Shown here: piece by piece, positions 51,238-59,140 of the stretch
How positions within the stretch are numbered: the first letter of the stretch is position 1
Layout of the letters: each line of letters begins with the position of its first letter
NCBI GenBank assembly: GCA_009930175.1
Contig: RZYW01000001.1
Location: 4,778 to 68,777, forward strand
Length of the DNA: 64,000 bases
Direction of reading: 5' to 3'
From: Clostridia bacterium
GTDB lineage: Bacteria > Bacillota > Peptococcia > Peptococcales > SKKY01
The notes under the pieces: model-generated
Told to the model about the DNA's origin: nothing
Seen by the model: only the letters and a program-made list of their open reading frames with translations
Database searches by the model: none
Translations under genes and position numbers: made by a program

Positions 51238-51249
51238 TTATATCACTTT

Positions 51250-52791
51250 TTATCTCTTAAGGTTTACTAATTCCTGAAGCATCTCATCAGAAGTTGTAAT
51301 AATTCTTGAATTTGCCTGGAAACCTCTTTGAGTAATAATCATATCAACAAATTCCTGAGATAAGTCAACGTTAGACATCTCTAAGGATTCTGGTTTAACA
51401 CTACCTTTACCAGCTGTACCTGGAGCTCCATATTCTGGTAATCCAGAGTTTCTGGACTCAACAAAAAGTGTGTCTCCAACTTTACTTAAACCACTTGTGT
51501 TACTGAAAGTAGCAAGAGCAACCTGGGCCAATTCAATGTTTTCACCATTTGAGAATGTTCCAATAATTTGTCCAGTCTGGTTTACGCTAATTCTCTGTAA
51601 ACTTCCTGGTGAAAAACCATTTTGAATGTTAGATAAAGTACTGTTCTCATTTGCAACCTGAATCATATTAGTAAGATCCACATTAATACTTAATGGATCC
51701 AAACCTGAACTTGCAGGGAAAGTAAATGGTAGCTCAAAAGCAGCATTTTGAGGTACTGTATCATCTATCTGGCCATTAGTTTTGAAAATCATATCCTTTG
51801 TGTAGGAATTCCCAGCACCCATGCTAATTACATCACCATCTATTGCATAGTTAGCAACCCATTCATTTGAATCAGTTTTCATATACGTTACAGTGAAGTC
51901 ATGAGCTCCACCCTGATTATCATAAACTTTCATAGATGTTTGATAGTCAGCTTTTTTATACTTTACCTGTATATTAGCAGCATCATCCCAATTTATGGCC
52001 ATTGGACCTTTTAAAGTCAAAAGTCCTGAAGATGGATCCACATCCCAATTTGCCGAATTACTATAATCAAGTGTTAAAGTGTTTGTCCCATCGGTAATCT
52101 GGAAAGTACCATCAACAACTATTCCTTCCCCAATATTTAAGATAACTGGAGAAGCTGAGGTTGCAGCATCTAATTCTGTTCCTGTAGCAATGGTTGAAAT
52201 ATAAGTTTTTGTATCAGTAGCTCCTGTTGCTGGCAGTCTGCTGTCTAAGTTTACTCCTATAGTCATTGCACTTGTTGCCTGCATGATTTGTGATGTGGAA
52301 AGAGCCGTTAGGTTGATTGGTGCAATTGCCTGACTTGTATCTAGATTAAAGTTATTGCTTGCATCTACTGCTGCTGTCCAGCCTTTTACTTTCATACCAT
52401 TTGAAGCAACAAGATTATTTTCACTGTCAAAACCAAAGTTTCCTGCTCTTGTATAATAATTATCGGAACCTAGTCCAATAACAAAATATCCTTCACCTTC
52501 AATGGACATATCCATTGATCTGCCTGTTGATTGTGGTGAACCTGGTGAGTGAACTACATCAATACTTCCTACGGTTACACCAAGACCAACCTGCATTGGA
52601 TTTGTACCACCAAAGAAATTTGAACTTGGAGCTGATGCTCCTCTTATTTGCTGGTTAAGCATTTCATTAAAAGTTACAGTACTTCTTTTGTAACCTACTG
52701 TGTTTACGTTGGCAATATTATTACCTACAACGTCCATTTTTGTCTGGTGTGTTTTTAAGCCTGATAAACCAGAGAACATTGATCTCATCAT
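51250..52791 (-). CDS. flgE: Flagellar hook protein FlgE (long form with a large central domain)
   Basis: 513 aa with an N-terminal rod/hook motif (GLSGL..HQTKMDVVGNNIANVNTVGYKR) and a C-terminal motif (VDLSQEFVDMIITQRGFQANSRIITTSDEMLQELVNL). Confidence 0.9.
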   Translation of the reverse strand: MMRSMFSGLSGLKTHQTKMDVVGNNIANVNTVGYKRSTVTFNEMLNQQIRGASAPSSNFFGGTNPMQVGLGVTVGSIDVVHSPGSPQSTGRSMDMSIEGEGYFVIGLGSDNYYTRAGNFGFDSENNLVASNGMKVKGWTAAVDASNNFNLDTSQAIAPINLTALSTSQIMQATSAMTIGVNLDSRLPATGATDTKTYISTIATGTELDAATSASPVILNIGEGIVVDGTFQITDGTNTLTLDYSNSANWDVDPSSGLLTLKGPMAINWDDAANIQVKYKKADYQTSMKVYDNQGGAHDFTVTYMKTDSNEWVANYAIDGDVISMGAGNSYTKDMIFKTNGQIDDTVPQNAAFELPFTFPASSGLDPLSINVDLTNMIQVANENSTLSNIQNGFSPGSLQRISVNQTGQIIGTFSNGENIELAQVALATFSNTSGLSKVGDTLFVESRNSGLPEYGAPGTAGKGSVKPESLEMSNVDLSQEFVDMIITQRGFQANSRIITTSDEMLQELVNLKR

Positions 52792-52839
52792 ATTATGTTT
52801 TCCTCCTCTTTCTCTGCCTCTGTCATTCGGCAGACTGAG

Positions 52840-52858
52840 GGACCTCCATCCTTGGTCC
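52840..52858 (-). promoter_or_regulatory. Hairpin with a GGA-containing loop in the flgE leader (CsrA-site-like)
   Basis: The minus-strand RNA reads GGACC-AAGGAUGGA-GGUCC. A second hairpin UCUGCC-N10-GGCAGA (52813-52834) follows, then the SD AGGAGGA at 52801-52807. Confidence 0.35.
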
Positions 52859-52868
52859 AGTCCCGTTA

Positions 52869-53255
52869 TTAGATTATTACTGCACTGTCAATATTTGTAA
52901 AAACATTATCTTTCATGCTATTTCCGTCAACAGCAGTAATTACCGTCCTGTTCTTAATGCTGACAACAAATGCTAGATCATCCATAAGGATTAGAGATTC
53001 CTTTGAGCCTTTTAAATCAGCTTTTTCTACTGCTGAATTTAGTTTTTCCATTTTTTCTGGTGAAATATTAATTTGTCTGTTACTTAACCTTTCCATAGCA
53101 TGTTTGGAAAATTTAAGTTCCTTATCTGTATCAATTTGTTTATTTAATATTTCGGAAAAACTGTTTCCAGTATTATTTATTGGTTGCTGAGTTCTGGGTT
53201 TTGATACCCCTGGATTAATCCTTATATTATTATCAATAAAAAAATTATTCTTCAT
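52869..53255 (-). CDS. Flagellar operon protein of unknown function (TIGR02530-like)
   Basis: Has FSKHAMERLSNRQINISPEKMEKLNSAV...VVSIKNRTVITAV, located between flgD and flgE. The likely start is the ATG at 53255 (GGAG 9 nt upstream). The track start is 53270. It overlaps the flgD 3' end. Confidence 0.7.
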   Translation of the reverse strand: MKNNFFIDNNIRINPGVSKPRTQQPINNTGNSFSEILNKQIDTDKELKFSKHAMERLSNRQINISPEKMEKLNSAVEKADLKGSKESLILMDDLAFVVSIKNRTVITAVDGNSMKDNVFTNIDSAVII

Positions 53256-53739
53256 TTTCTTCAGCTCCATCTTCTGCTGGAACCATTCCTACTTCTGAAA
53301 CCTCATCAAGGAATACTTCTTTATCTCCTATGTGAAGAACCTGATAAGCACCATTAAATGTTACTTTATCAACTACGCCTTCAACTTTGTCAAAACCCTC
53401 TGCATCGTTAGCCACATAAGCTGTAACTTGTTTTCCTACAAGATTTAAGGCTTGAGTTGATGTTTGAGCATATAATACTGAATTTAAAACTGTAGTTTGC
53501 TGCTCTAAGAAACTTGTAATATTTGTATTAAGGTTTGTCATTTGTTCCAATTGTGTAAATTGGGCACTTTGAGCAATAAATTCATTGTTATCCATAGGAC
53601 TTAGAGGATCCTGTGCTTTTAATTGTTCTACAAAAAGCTTTAAAAAATCATCTTTTCCAAGTTCTCCTGTATTCCTTGCTTCTGTTTTGCTTCCAAAACC
53701 GTAATTATTATTAAGGTTATTAACCTGACCTACTGCCAT
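53245..53739 (-). CDS. flgD: Flagellar hook capping/assembly protein FlgD
   Basis: 164 aa with LGKDDFLKLFVEQLKAQDPLSPMDNNEFIAQSAQFTQLEQ, the conserved FlgD N-domain. Confidence 0.85.
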   Translation of the reverse strand: MAVGQVNNLNNNYGFGSKTEARNTGELGKDDFLKLFVEQLKAQDPLSPMDNNEFIAQSAQFTQLEQMTNLNTNITSFLEQQTTVLNSVLYAQTSTQALNLVGKQVTAYVANDAEGFDKVEGVVDKVTFNGAYQVLHIGDKEVFLDEVSEVGMVPAEDGAEENEE

Positions 53740-53753
53740 TTCTTTTCCCTCCT

Positions 53754-55073
53754 TTACGCCAGGACTTCTAGTCCTCCTGAATTATTGAAAATGCTTTCAA
53801 TTTTTTCTTCAAAGGATTGAGCGTCATTTGAGCTGTTTCCTTCTTTTCTGTTTGAGTTACCAGAAAAACTTTGATTTGAGCCGTTAAAATGATTGAAATT
53901 CTTTTCAAAATCGATCTCAATATTAAAAGCACCATTTCTGATTCCACTGCTTTCAAGATTGTTTCTCAATGTTGATAAGTTTGTATCCAAAAATTCTTTA
54001 ATATTACGGCTTTCAGCAACAATTTTTACTGTCATTTCTGAATCTTCTGTAGCAGATATTTTTAATGTAAGTTTACCAAGATGTTCTGGATTGATTTTTA
54101 CTGTAATTTCTCTGTAACCTGCTTCTCCAGTTTTAAAACTATTTTTTATTTGATTTTCAATGTACCTGGGAAGATTTCTCGGCTCTACTTTTTCTTGAAC
54201 TTTTTGCGAATCTGTTAGTTTGCTGATGTTTTCATCAAGACTCTTTTGGAAAGATAAATTTGATTTATCAGCTGTCTGCTCTGCTCCAGCTTTAATTTCT
54301 GAATTCTGATTACTTTGTGAGTTTACTTCTGCCCTGGCTTCTTTTAATCTTTCAGTTTTTTTAGAAACTTCCTGAATTCCATCATCTTTAATAAGATTAA
54401 CCACCGGAGTGTCTTTCAAAGAAAAATTCTGAACTATATCTTTTAAAGATATAAGCTTATTTAATCCTTGGGAAACATCTTTATTTACTGTTTCTTTTAA
54501 AATACCAGTAAGTTCTTTACCTAATAGACTTGTAAATTCAGCTTTGTCTTTTAAAGATAATTCCTTAATATTATCTTCTGAAAATATTTTTTCAAGAAAT
54601 TTTGCTGGTAAAAGATTGTTATCCTTAAAAAGATTAATCAGCTTGTCTTTAAGAAGGCCAAATTCTTCGGGAACATCAACATCTTTTATATCAGACAAAT
54701 GTTTCATAATTTTTTCCTGAAGATTTTCATTTAGATTTTTCGGAAGATTTTCTAATGCAGTTTTTAATTCTTCTATCTCCCCATCTTCATTCCCCTGAAC
54801 ATTAAGCAAGGCCTCGATTAAAGTTCCATAAACTCCCATGCTTTCCATAACTTCGGATGATTCTTCCCCTTCTTCTGAAGTTATTCCAGGCAAATCACCA
54901 TCTACCCCAGCTTTTTGAGAAAGATTTCCAGAACCTAAAAGACCTGCCAGTACGTTATCAAAGGATTTTCCTTCACCGCTACCCCCAAAAGGATTTGATG
55001 AGCCTATACTCTTTGACATACTGACAGGTCCCGAAACCTGAACAAATGATAATATTTGCATTCCTGTATTCAA
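53754..55073 (-). CDS. fliK: Flagellar hook-length control protein FliK
   Basis: The C-terminal Flg_hook-type domain (ITVKINPEHLGKLTLKISA...TVKIVAES...LRNNLESSG) follows a low-complexity N-terminal part. The GTG at 55082 abuts GGGAGG, so the TTG at 55073 (8-nt spacer) is the more plausible start. Confidence 0.75.
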   Translation of the reverse strand: MNTGMQILSFVQVSGPVSMSKSIGSSNPFGGSGEGKSFDNVLAGLLGSGNLSQKAGVDGDLPGITSEEGEESSEVMESMGVYGTLIEALLNVQGNEDGEIEELKTALENLPKNLNENLQEKIMKHLSDIKDVDVPEEFGLLKDKLINLFKDNNLLPAKFLEKIFSEDNIKELSLKDKAEFTSLLGKELTGILKETVNKDVSQGLNKLISLKDIVQNFSLKDTPVVNLIKDDGIQEVSKKTERLKEARAEVNSQSNQNSEIKAGAEQTADKSNLSFQKSLDENISKLTDSQKVQEKVEPRNLPRYIENQIKNSFKTGEAGYREITVKINPEHLGKLTLKISATEDSEMTVKIVAESRNIKEFLDTNLSTLRNNLESSGIRNGAFNIEIDFEKNFNHFNGSNQSFSGNSNRKEGNSSNDAQSFEEKIESIFNNSGGLEVLA

Positions 55074-55110
55074 TTTTTTCACCTCCCTGCCCGATAAGAT
55101 TGCTGCAGTT

Positions 55111-55662
55111 TTAGTTCACAGCTTCTATTGCTTTATCGGTAAGAATCGCTGTAAGTTTAGCGGCTCTCATAGGATCCATTCCTGCTAAAAAGGAGGCAGT
55201 TTTTTCACTTGGTATTTTTAATAAGATACTTACAACTGTGTTATCGTCAAGATTGTCAAAAATTCTTACTGCTTGCTTATCTTCCATCTTCCCGTAAATT
55301 TGGGCAAGCTGATCACTTTGAATATCTTTTTGCTGAACTTCTGCAATACTCTTTTCAAGTTCTGTTATTCTTAGTTCATATTTTTCTCTTTCATCATCAA
55401 AGGTTCCTAATTCTTTTTCCTTTTCAGCAAGAAGAAGTTTTAATTCCTCAATTTCTGTTTGCAAGGCTTTATTTTGATCCTCAAGGGGAGCTACAACCAT
55501 TAAGGGATCTTCAACCTTAAATCTATCTCCAATAATTGGCATATCTGCAAGAGCAGCTTTTAAATCAAAAACTCCTGAAGCATTCATTGCAAGAAGCAAA
55601 CCGATTAGGGCAAAAATTATACCAAGAATAATTATTGTGATTACCAGTTTTTTATTACTCAT
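55111..55662 (-). CDS. ylxF: YlxF/MotE-like flagellar protein (TM segment, coiled coil, MgtE_N-like C-domain)
   Basis: Has an N-terminal TM segment, a coiled coil, and the C-terminal region AQIYGKMEDKQAVRIFDNLDD...AAKLTAIL. It lies between fliJ and fliK, like B. subtilis ylxF. The likely start is the ATG at 55662, after AGGTGA. Confidence 0.6.
   Translation of the reverse strand: MSNKKLVITIIILGIIFALIGLLLAMNASGVFDLKAALADMPIIGDRFKVEDPLMVVAPLEDQNKALQTEIEELKLLLAEKEKELGTFDDEREKYELRITELEKSIAEVQQKDIQSDQLAQIYGKMEDKQAVRIFDNLDDNTVVSILLKIPSEKTASFLAGMDPMRAAKLTAILTDKAIEAVN
55133..55159 (-). promoter_or_regulatory. Candidate sigma-D (sigma-28) type promoter upstream of fliK
   Basis: The minus strand reads TAAA - 15 nt - ACCGATAA, compared with the consensus TAAA-N15-GCCGATAT. 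It lies in the 3' end of ylxF, about 60 nt upstream of the fliK start. Confidence 0.3.
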
Positions 55663-55666
55663 TAAT

Positions 55667-56098
55667 TCACCTGCCATCTATAAATATTTTTGATCCAACT
55701 TCATCTGCTTCTTTTTGTTCCTTTTGATTTTCATCAAAAATGTACTGCTCTAGTTTCTTCTCTTTTAATTTTTCCAATATTTTTCTTTCTTTTATTGTTT
55801 CTTGTAATTTTAAAATTGCTTTGTTTCTCTCGACAGTAAAATATTCAATTTCATTTTCAGTTTTTTTCTGCTGATTTCTTAAGCTTTCTAAGTATGCTTC
55901 ATATAACAAAATTTCATTAATATTTCTTTTTGCTGACTTTTCATTTAAGGAACTGGTAATTTCTATTAAAATTTTTTGAAGTTTCTCTTGTGCTTCTAAT
56001 AATTGTTTTTGCCAGGATGCCAGTTCTTTTTTTGCTTCTTCTTCCTTATTTTGAGCAAGACGCAACAGAATATCTAAACGAAATTTGAATCTGGCCAT
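55667..56098 (-). CDS. fliJ: Flagellar export chaperone-escort protein FliJ
   Basis: 143 aa all coiled coil, with the N-terminus MARFKFRLDILLRL. Its start overlaps the fliI stop (TAATG). Confidence 0.75.
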   Translation of the reverse strand: MARFKFRLDILLRLAQNKEEEAKKELASWQKQLLEAQEKLQKILIEITSSLNEKSAKRNINEILLYEAYLESLRNQQKKTENEIEYFTVERNKAILKLQETIKERKILEKLKEKKLEQYIFDENQKEQKEADEVGSKIFIDGR

Positions 56099-57420
56099 TA
56101 GCTTTTACCATCATTTATTATTTTTTTCATAATTGAAACTGTATCTTCCAAAGAATAATTCTCGTATACATCTTGCTTTAAAAAAGTATTAATTGCATCA
56201 ATTTTCTGCATTGCCCGGTCAATTTTCGGATTACTGCCTTTTACATAAGCACCTACATCAATAAGGTCTTTAGCCTCGTTATACACTGCTGTAAGCTCTT
56301 TTAAAGACTGAGACAGATTGTAGTGTTCATTGGTTACTATGTCCTTCATAACTCTGCTTACAGAGTTTAAAATATCCACAGATGGATAGTGATTTTGGGA
56401 GGCAATTTTTCTGCTTAAAACTACGTGGCCATCAAGAATCCCTCTTACAGCATCTGCAATGGGTTCGTTCATGTCATCTCCATCAACAAGAACTGTGTAG
56501 AGACCTGTAATAGTTCCTTTATCTGAGGCTCCGGCTCTTTCAAGAAGCTTTGGTAATTCTGCAAAAACTGATGGTGGATATCCTTTAGTTGCTGGTGGTT
56601 CTCCTATTGCCAAACCTAGTTCTCTTTGAGCCATGGCAAATCTGGTTACAGAATCCATCATAAGCATTACATTATAGCCCTTGTCTCTAAAATATTCTGC
56701 AATTGCTGTTGCTGTATATGCTCCTTTGATTCTATAAAGGGCTGGTTGGTCCGAAGAGGCTACAACAACAATAGATTTTTCCAAACCTTCAGGTCCAAGA
56801 TCTTTTTCAAGAAATTCTTTTACTTCCCGTCCCCGTTCACCTATTAGTGCTATAACGTTTATATCTGCTTTGGAGTTTCTGGATATCATTCCCAGCAAAG
56901 TACTTTTTCCAACACCACTCCCTGCAAAAATACCTAATCTTTGGCCAATACCACAGGTAAGCATTCCGTCGAGAACTTTTACTCCAACCTGAAGAACCTC
57001 ATCTATCCTTTTTCTTTGCAAGGGATGAGGTGGAGTATTAGTTAGTGAACAAGGCTTGCCTTCAACAGATTCAAGACCATCCATAGGGTTTCCCAGGGCA
57101 TCCAGCACTCTCCCACGTAGTTTTTCTGAAACCTTTACATTTAAAGTTGAACCTGTTGCTATTACTTCTGTACCTGGTCGTATTCCAGTAAATACACCCA
57201 AGGGCATAAGCAATATTTTATCATCACGAAAGCCTACCACTTCCGAAGGAATTTGTTCTTTTCCGTTATTAATATAACAAAGCTCCCCAATGGAAGCTCT
57301 GGGACCTACAGAATATATAATCAGACCAATTACCTGATCAACATAACCTTTATTTTTAATCATAGGAATTCTTCTGATTTTACTTTTATACTTATTTAAC
57401 TCAATCACCGCTAACCACAT
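56098..57420 (-). CDS. fliI: Flagellum-specific ATPase FliI
   Basis: 440 aa with Walker A GSGVGKST and Walker B MLMMDSVTR, in the F1/T3SS ATPase family. The exact start is uncertain (20-nt overlap with fliH). Confidence 0.95.
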   Translation of the reverse strand: MWLAVIELNKYKSKIRRIPMIKNKGYVDQVIGLIIYSVGPRASIGELCYINNGKEQIPSEVVGFRDDKILLMPLGVFTGIRPGTEVIATGSTLNVKVSEKLRGRVLDALGNPMDGLESVEGKPCSLTNTPPHPLQRKRIDEVLQVGVKVLDGMLTCGIGQRLGIFAGSGVGKSTLLGMISRNSKADINVIALIGERGREVKEFLEKDLGPEGLEKSIVVVASSDQPALYRIKGAYTATAIAEYFRDKGYNVMLMMDSVTRFAMAQRELGLAIGEPPATKGYPPSVFAELPKLLERAGASDKGTITGLYTVLVDGDDMNEPIADAVRGILDGHVVLSRKIASQNHYPSVDILNSVSRVMKDIVTNEHYNLSQSLKELTAVYNEAKDLIDVGAYVKGSNPKIDRAMQKIDAINTFLKQDVYENYSLEDTVSIMKKIINDGKS

Positions 57421-58135
57421 CCTGTAGAACTGCTTTGACTTTTTCTAAATTTTCTTCCAAATCCACTTCAAGAATACCCTTTTCAGAAACAACCATACAA
57501 TGCCCCTGGTTTAAATGTTTGTCCATTTTAACTGATAAGGTACCTGTAGTTAACAAAGCAGCAAGCTCTTCCGTATGAGTGTTTAAAAATTCGAAATCTG
57601 TTCCTGAAACTTTTAGGATTACTTGTCCTTTTGAATCTTTTACAAAATCAATTAAATACTTAGATACCTCAAGAATAAGATTGTTTTTATCAACTATTGA
57701 GCCAAAACATATTCTATCAAGTGTATCTGTGATAAAATTAAGGACTTCCCGCTCAGAATTTTTTAATAATGCTTCTTTTTCTATAAAAGCTTCCTGAATT
57801 ACTTTATTTGCATTTTCTTTTAATTCAAGATATTCTCTTTCTCCCTTATTTCTTCCTTCTGAGTATCCTTTATCCCATGCTTCTTCTAGTTGTTTTTCAA
57901 TCTCTTCTTTACTCTCTTCTATCATTACTTCTGCTTTAATTTTTGCTTCATAAAGAATTTGTTCCGCTTTTATTCTTGCATTTTCAATTAATTCTTCAAC
58001 CATTTTTTTTGTTTCATTATAAATATCTTCAACTTCAGAAGAAGAGTTTGCGGGAACATTATTTTTATCTTCCGTAAATGTTCTTTTTTTAGTTGTGGTA
58101 TAAGTAAGGCGATCTGCTTTTATAATCCTAGACAA
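57401..58135 (-). CDS. fliH: Flagellar assembly protein FliH
   Basis: 244 aa with a charged coiled-coil N-half and a FliH/YscL-type C-half. It has a TTG start 9 nt after GGAGGAG that overlaps the fliG stop. The call is supported by its position. Confidence 0.8.
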   Translation of the reverse strand: MSRIIKADRLTYTTTKKRTFTEDKNNVPANSSSEVEDIYNETKKMVEELIENARIKAEQILYEAKIKAEVMIEESKEEIEKQLEEAWDKGYSEGRNKGEREYLELKENANKVIQEAFIEKEALLKNSEREVLNFITDTLDRICFGSIVDKNNLILEVSKYLIDFVKDSKGQVILKVSGTDFEFLNTHTEELAALLTTGTLSVKMDKHLNQGHCMVVSEKGILEVDLEENLEKVKAVLQDVVSGD

Positions 58136-59135
58136 CTATATCGTCTCCTCCACCTCTGGCAACAATAATTTCACCTGAATCTTCAAGTCTTCTGATAGTC
58201 GCAACAACTCTTTGCTGAGATTCTTCAACATCTCTAAGACGTACAGGTCCCATAAAGTCAATTTCTTCCTGAATGGTTTCTGCTGCCCTTTTGGACATAT
58301 TTTTCTTGATTTTATCTTTAACTTCTTCAGTTGTACCTTTCATTGCAAGAGCAAGATCTTTTTGTTCGATATCTCTAAGAACTTTCTGAATGTCTTTGTC
58401 ATCAAGAAGAATAATATCTTCAAATACAAACATAAGTCTTTTAATCTCATCTGTTAATTCAGGATCCTGAACTTCAAGATTTTCCAATATTGCTTTTTCA
58501 GTACTTCTGTCAACTTTGTTCAAAATTTGAACAATAGATTCAACTCCACCAGCCGAGGTAAAATCCTGAACCATAAAGTTGGATAGTTTCTTTTCCAAAA
58601 CATCTTCAATATCTTTAATTATTTCTGGAGAAGTTCTGTCCAAAAGTGCAATTCTTTTTGCTACATCAGATTGCATTTCTCCAGGCAAAGAAGCCAAAAT
58701 TGCAGCAGATTGATCTGGATCAAGGTAGGCAAGTATTAAAGCCACTGTTTGTGGATGTTCATTCTGGATGTAGGTTACAAGCTGACTTGGATCTGCTTTC
58801 CTTACAAAATCAAAAGGTTTTACCTGTAAAGATGAAGTAAGTTTATTTATTATGCTAATGGCTTTCTGGTTGCCAAGTGCTTTTTCAAGAACGCTTTTTG
58901 CATAATCAATACCGCCTTTAGCAATATATTCATTTGCCATATATAGCTGGTAAAATTCTTCAAATATTTTATTTTTTTGTTCTGCATCTACCTTACGAAC
59001 ATTGGCTATTTCCAAAGTCAGCTGTTCAATTTCCTCTTCACCTAAGTTTTTCATAACCTGAGCAGATTGCTCTGGACCTAAGGAAATTAATAATACTGCT
59101 GCTTTTTGTCTTCCCATTACTTTATCTCTAGCCAA
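58128..59135 (-). CDS. fliG: Flagellar motor switch protein FliG
   Basis: 335 aa with conserved FliG motifs (AAVLLISLG, MFVFEDI, the charged ridge of the C-terminal torque helix). Confidence 0.95.
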   Translation of the reverse strand: MARDKVMGRQKAAVLLISLGPEQSAQVMKNLGEEEIEQLTLEIANVRKVDAEQKNKIFEEFYQLYMANEYIAKGGIDYAKSVLEKALGNQKAISIINKLTSSLQVKPFDFVRKADPSQLVTYIQNEHPQTVALILAYLDPDQSAAILASLPGEMQSDVAKRIALLDRTSPEIIKDIEDVLEKKLSNFMVQDFTSAGGVESIVQILNKVDRSTEKAILENLEVQDPELTDEIKRLMFVFEDIILLDDKDIQKVLRDIEQKDLALAMKGTTEEVKDKIKKNMSKRAAETIQEEIDFMGPVRLRDVEESQQRVVATIRRLEDSGEIIVARGGGDDIVV

Positions 59136-59140
59136 TTAGT

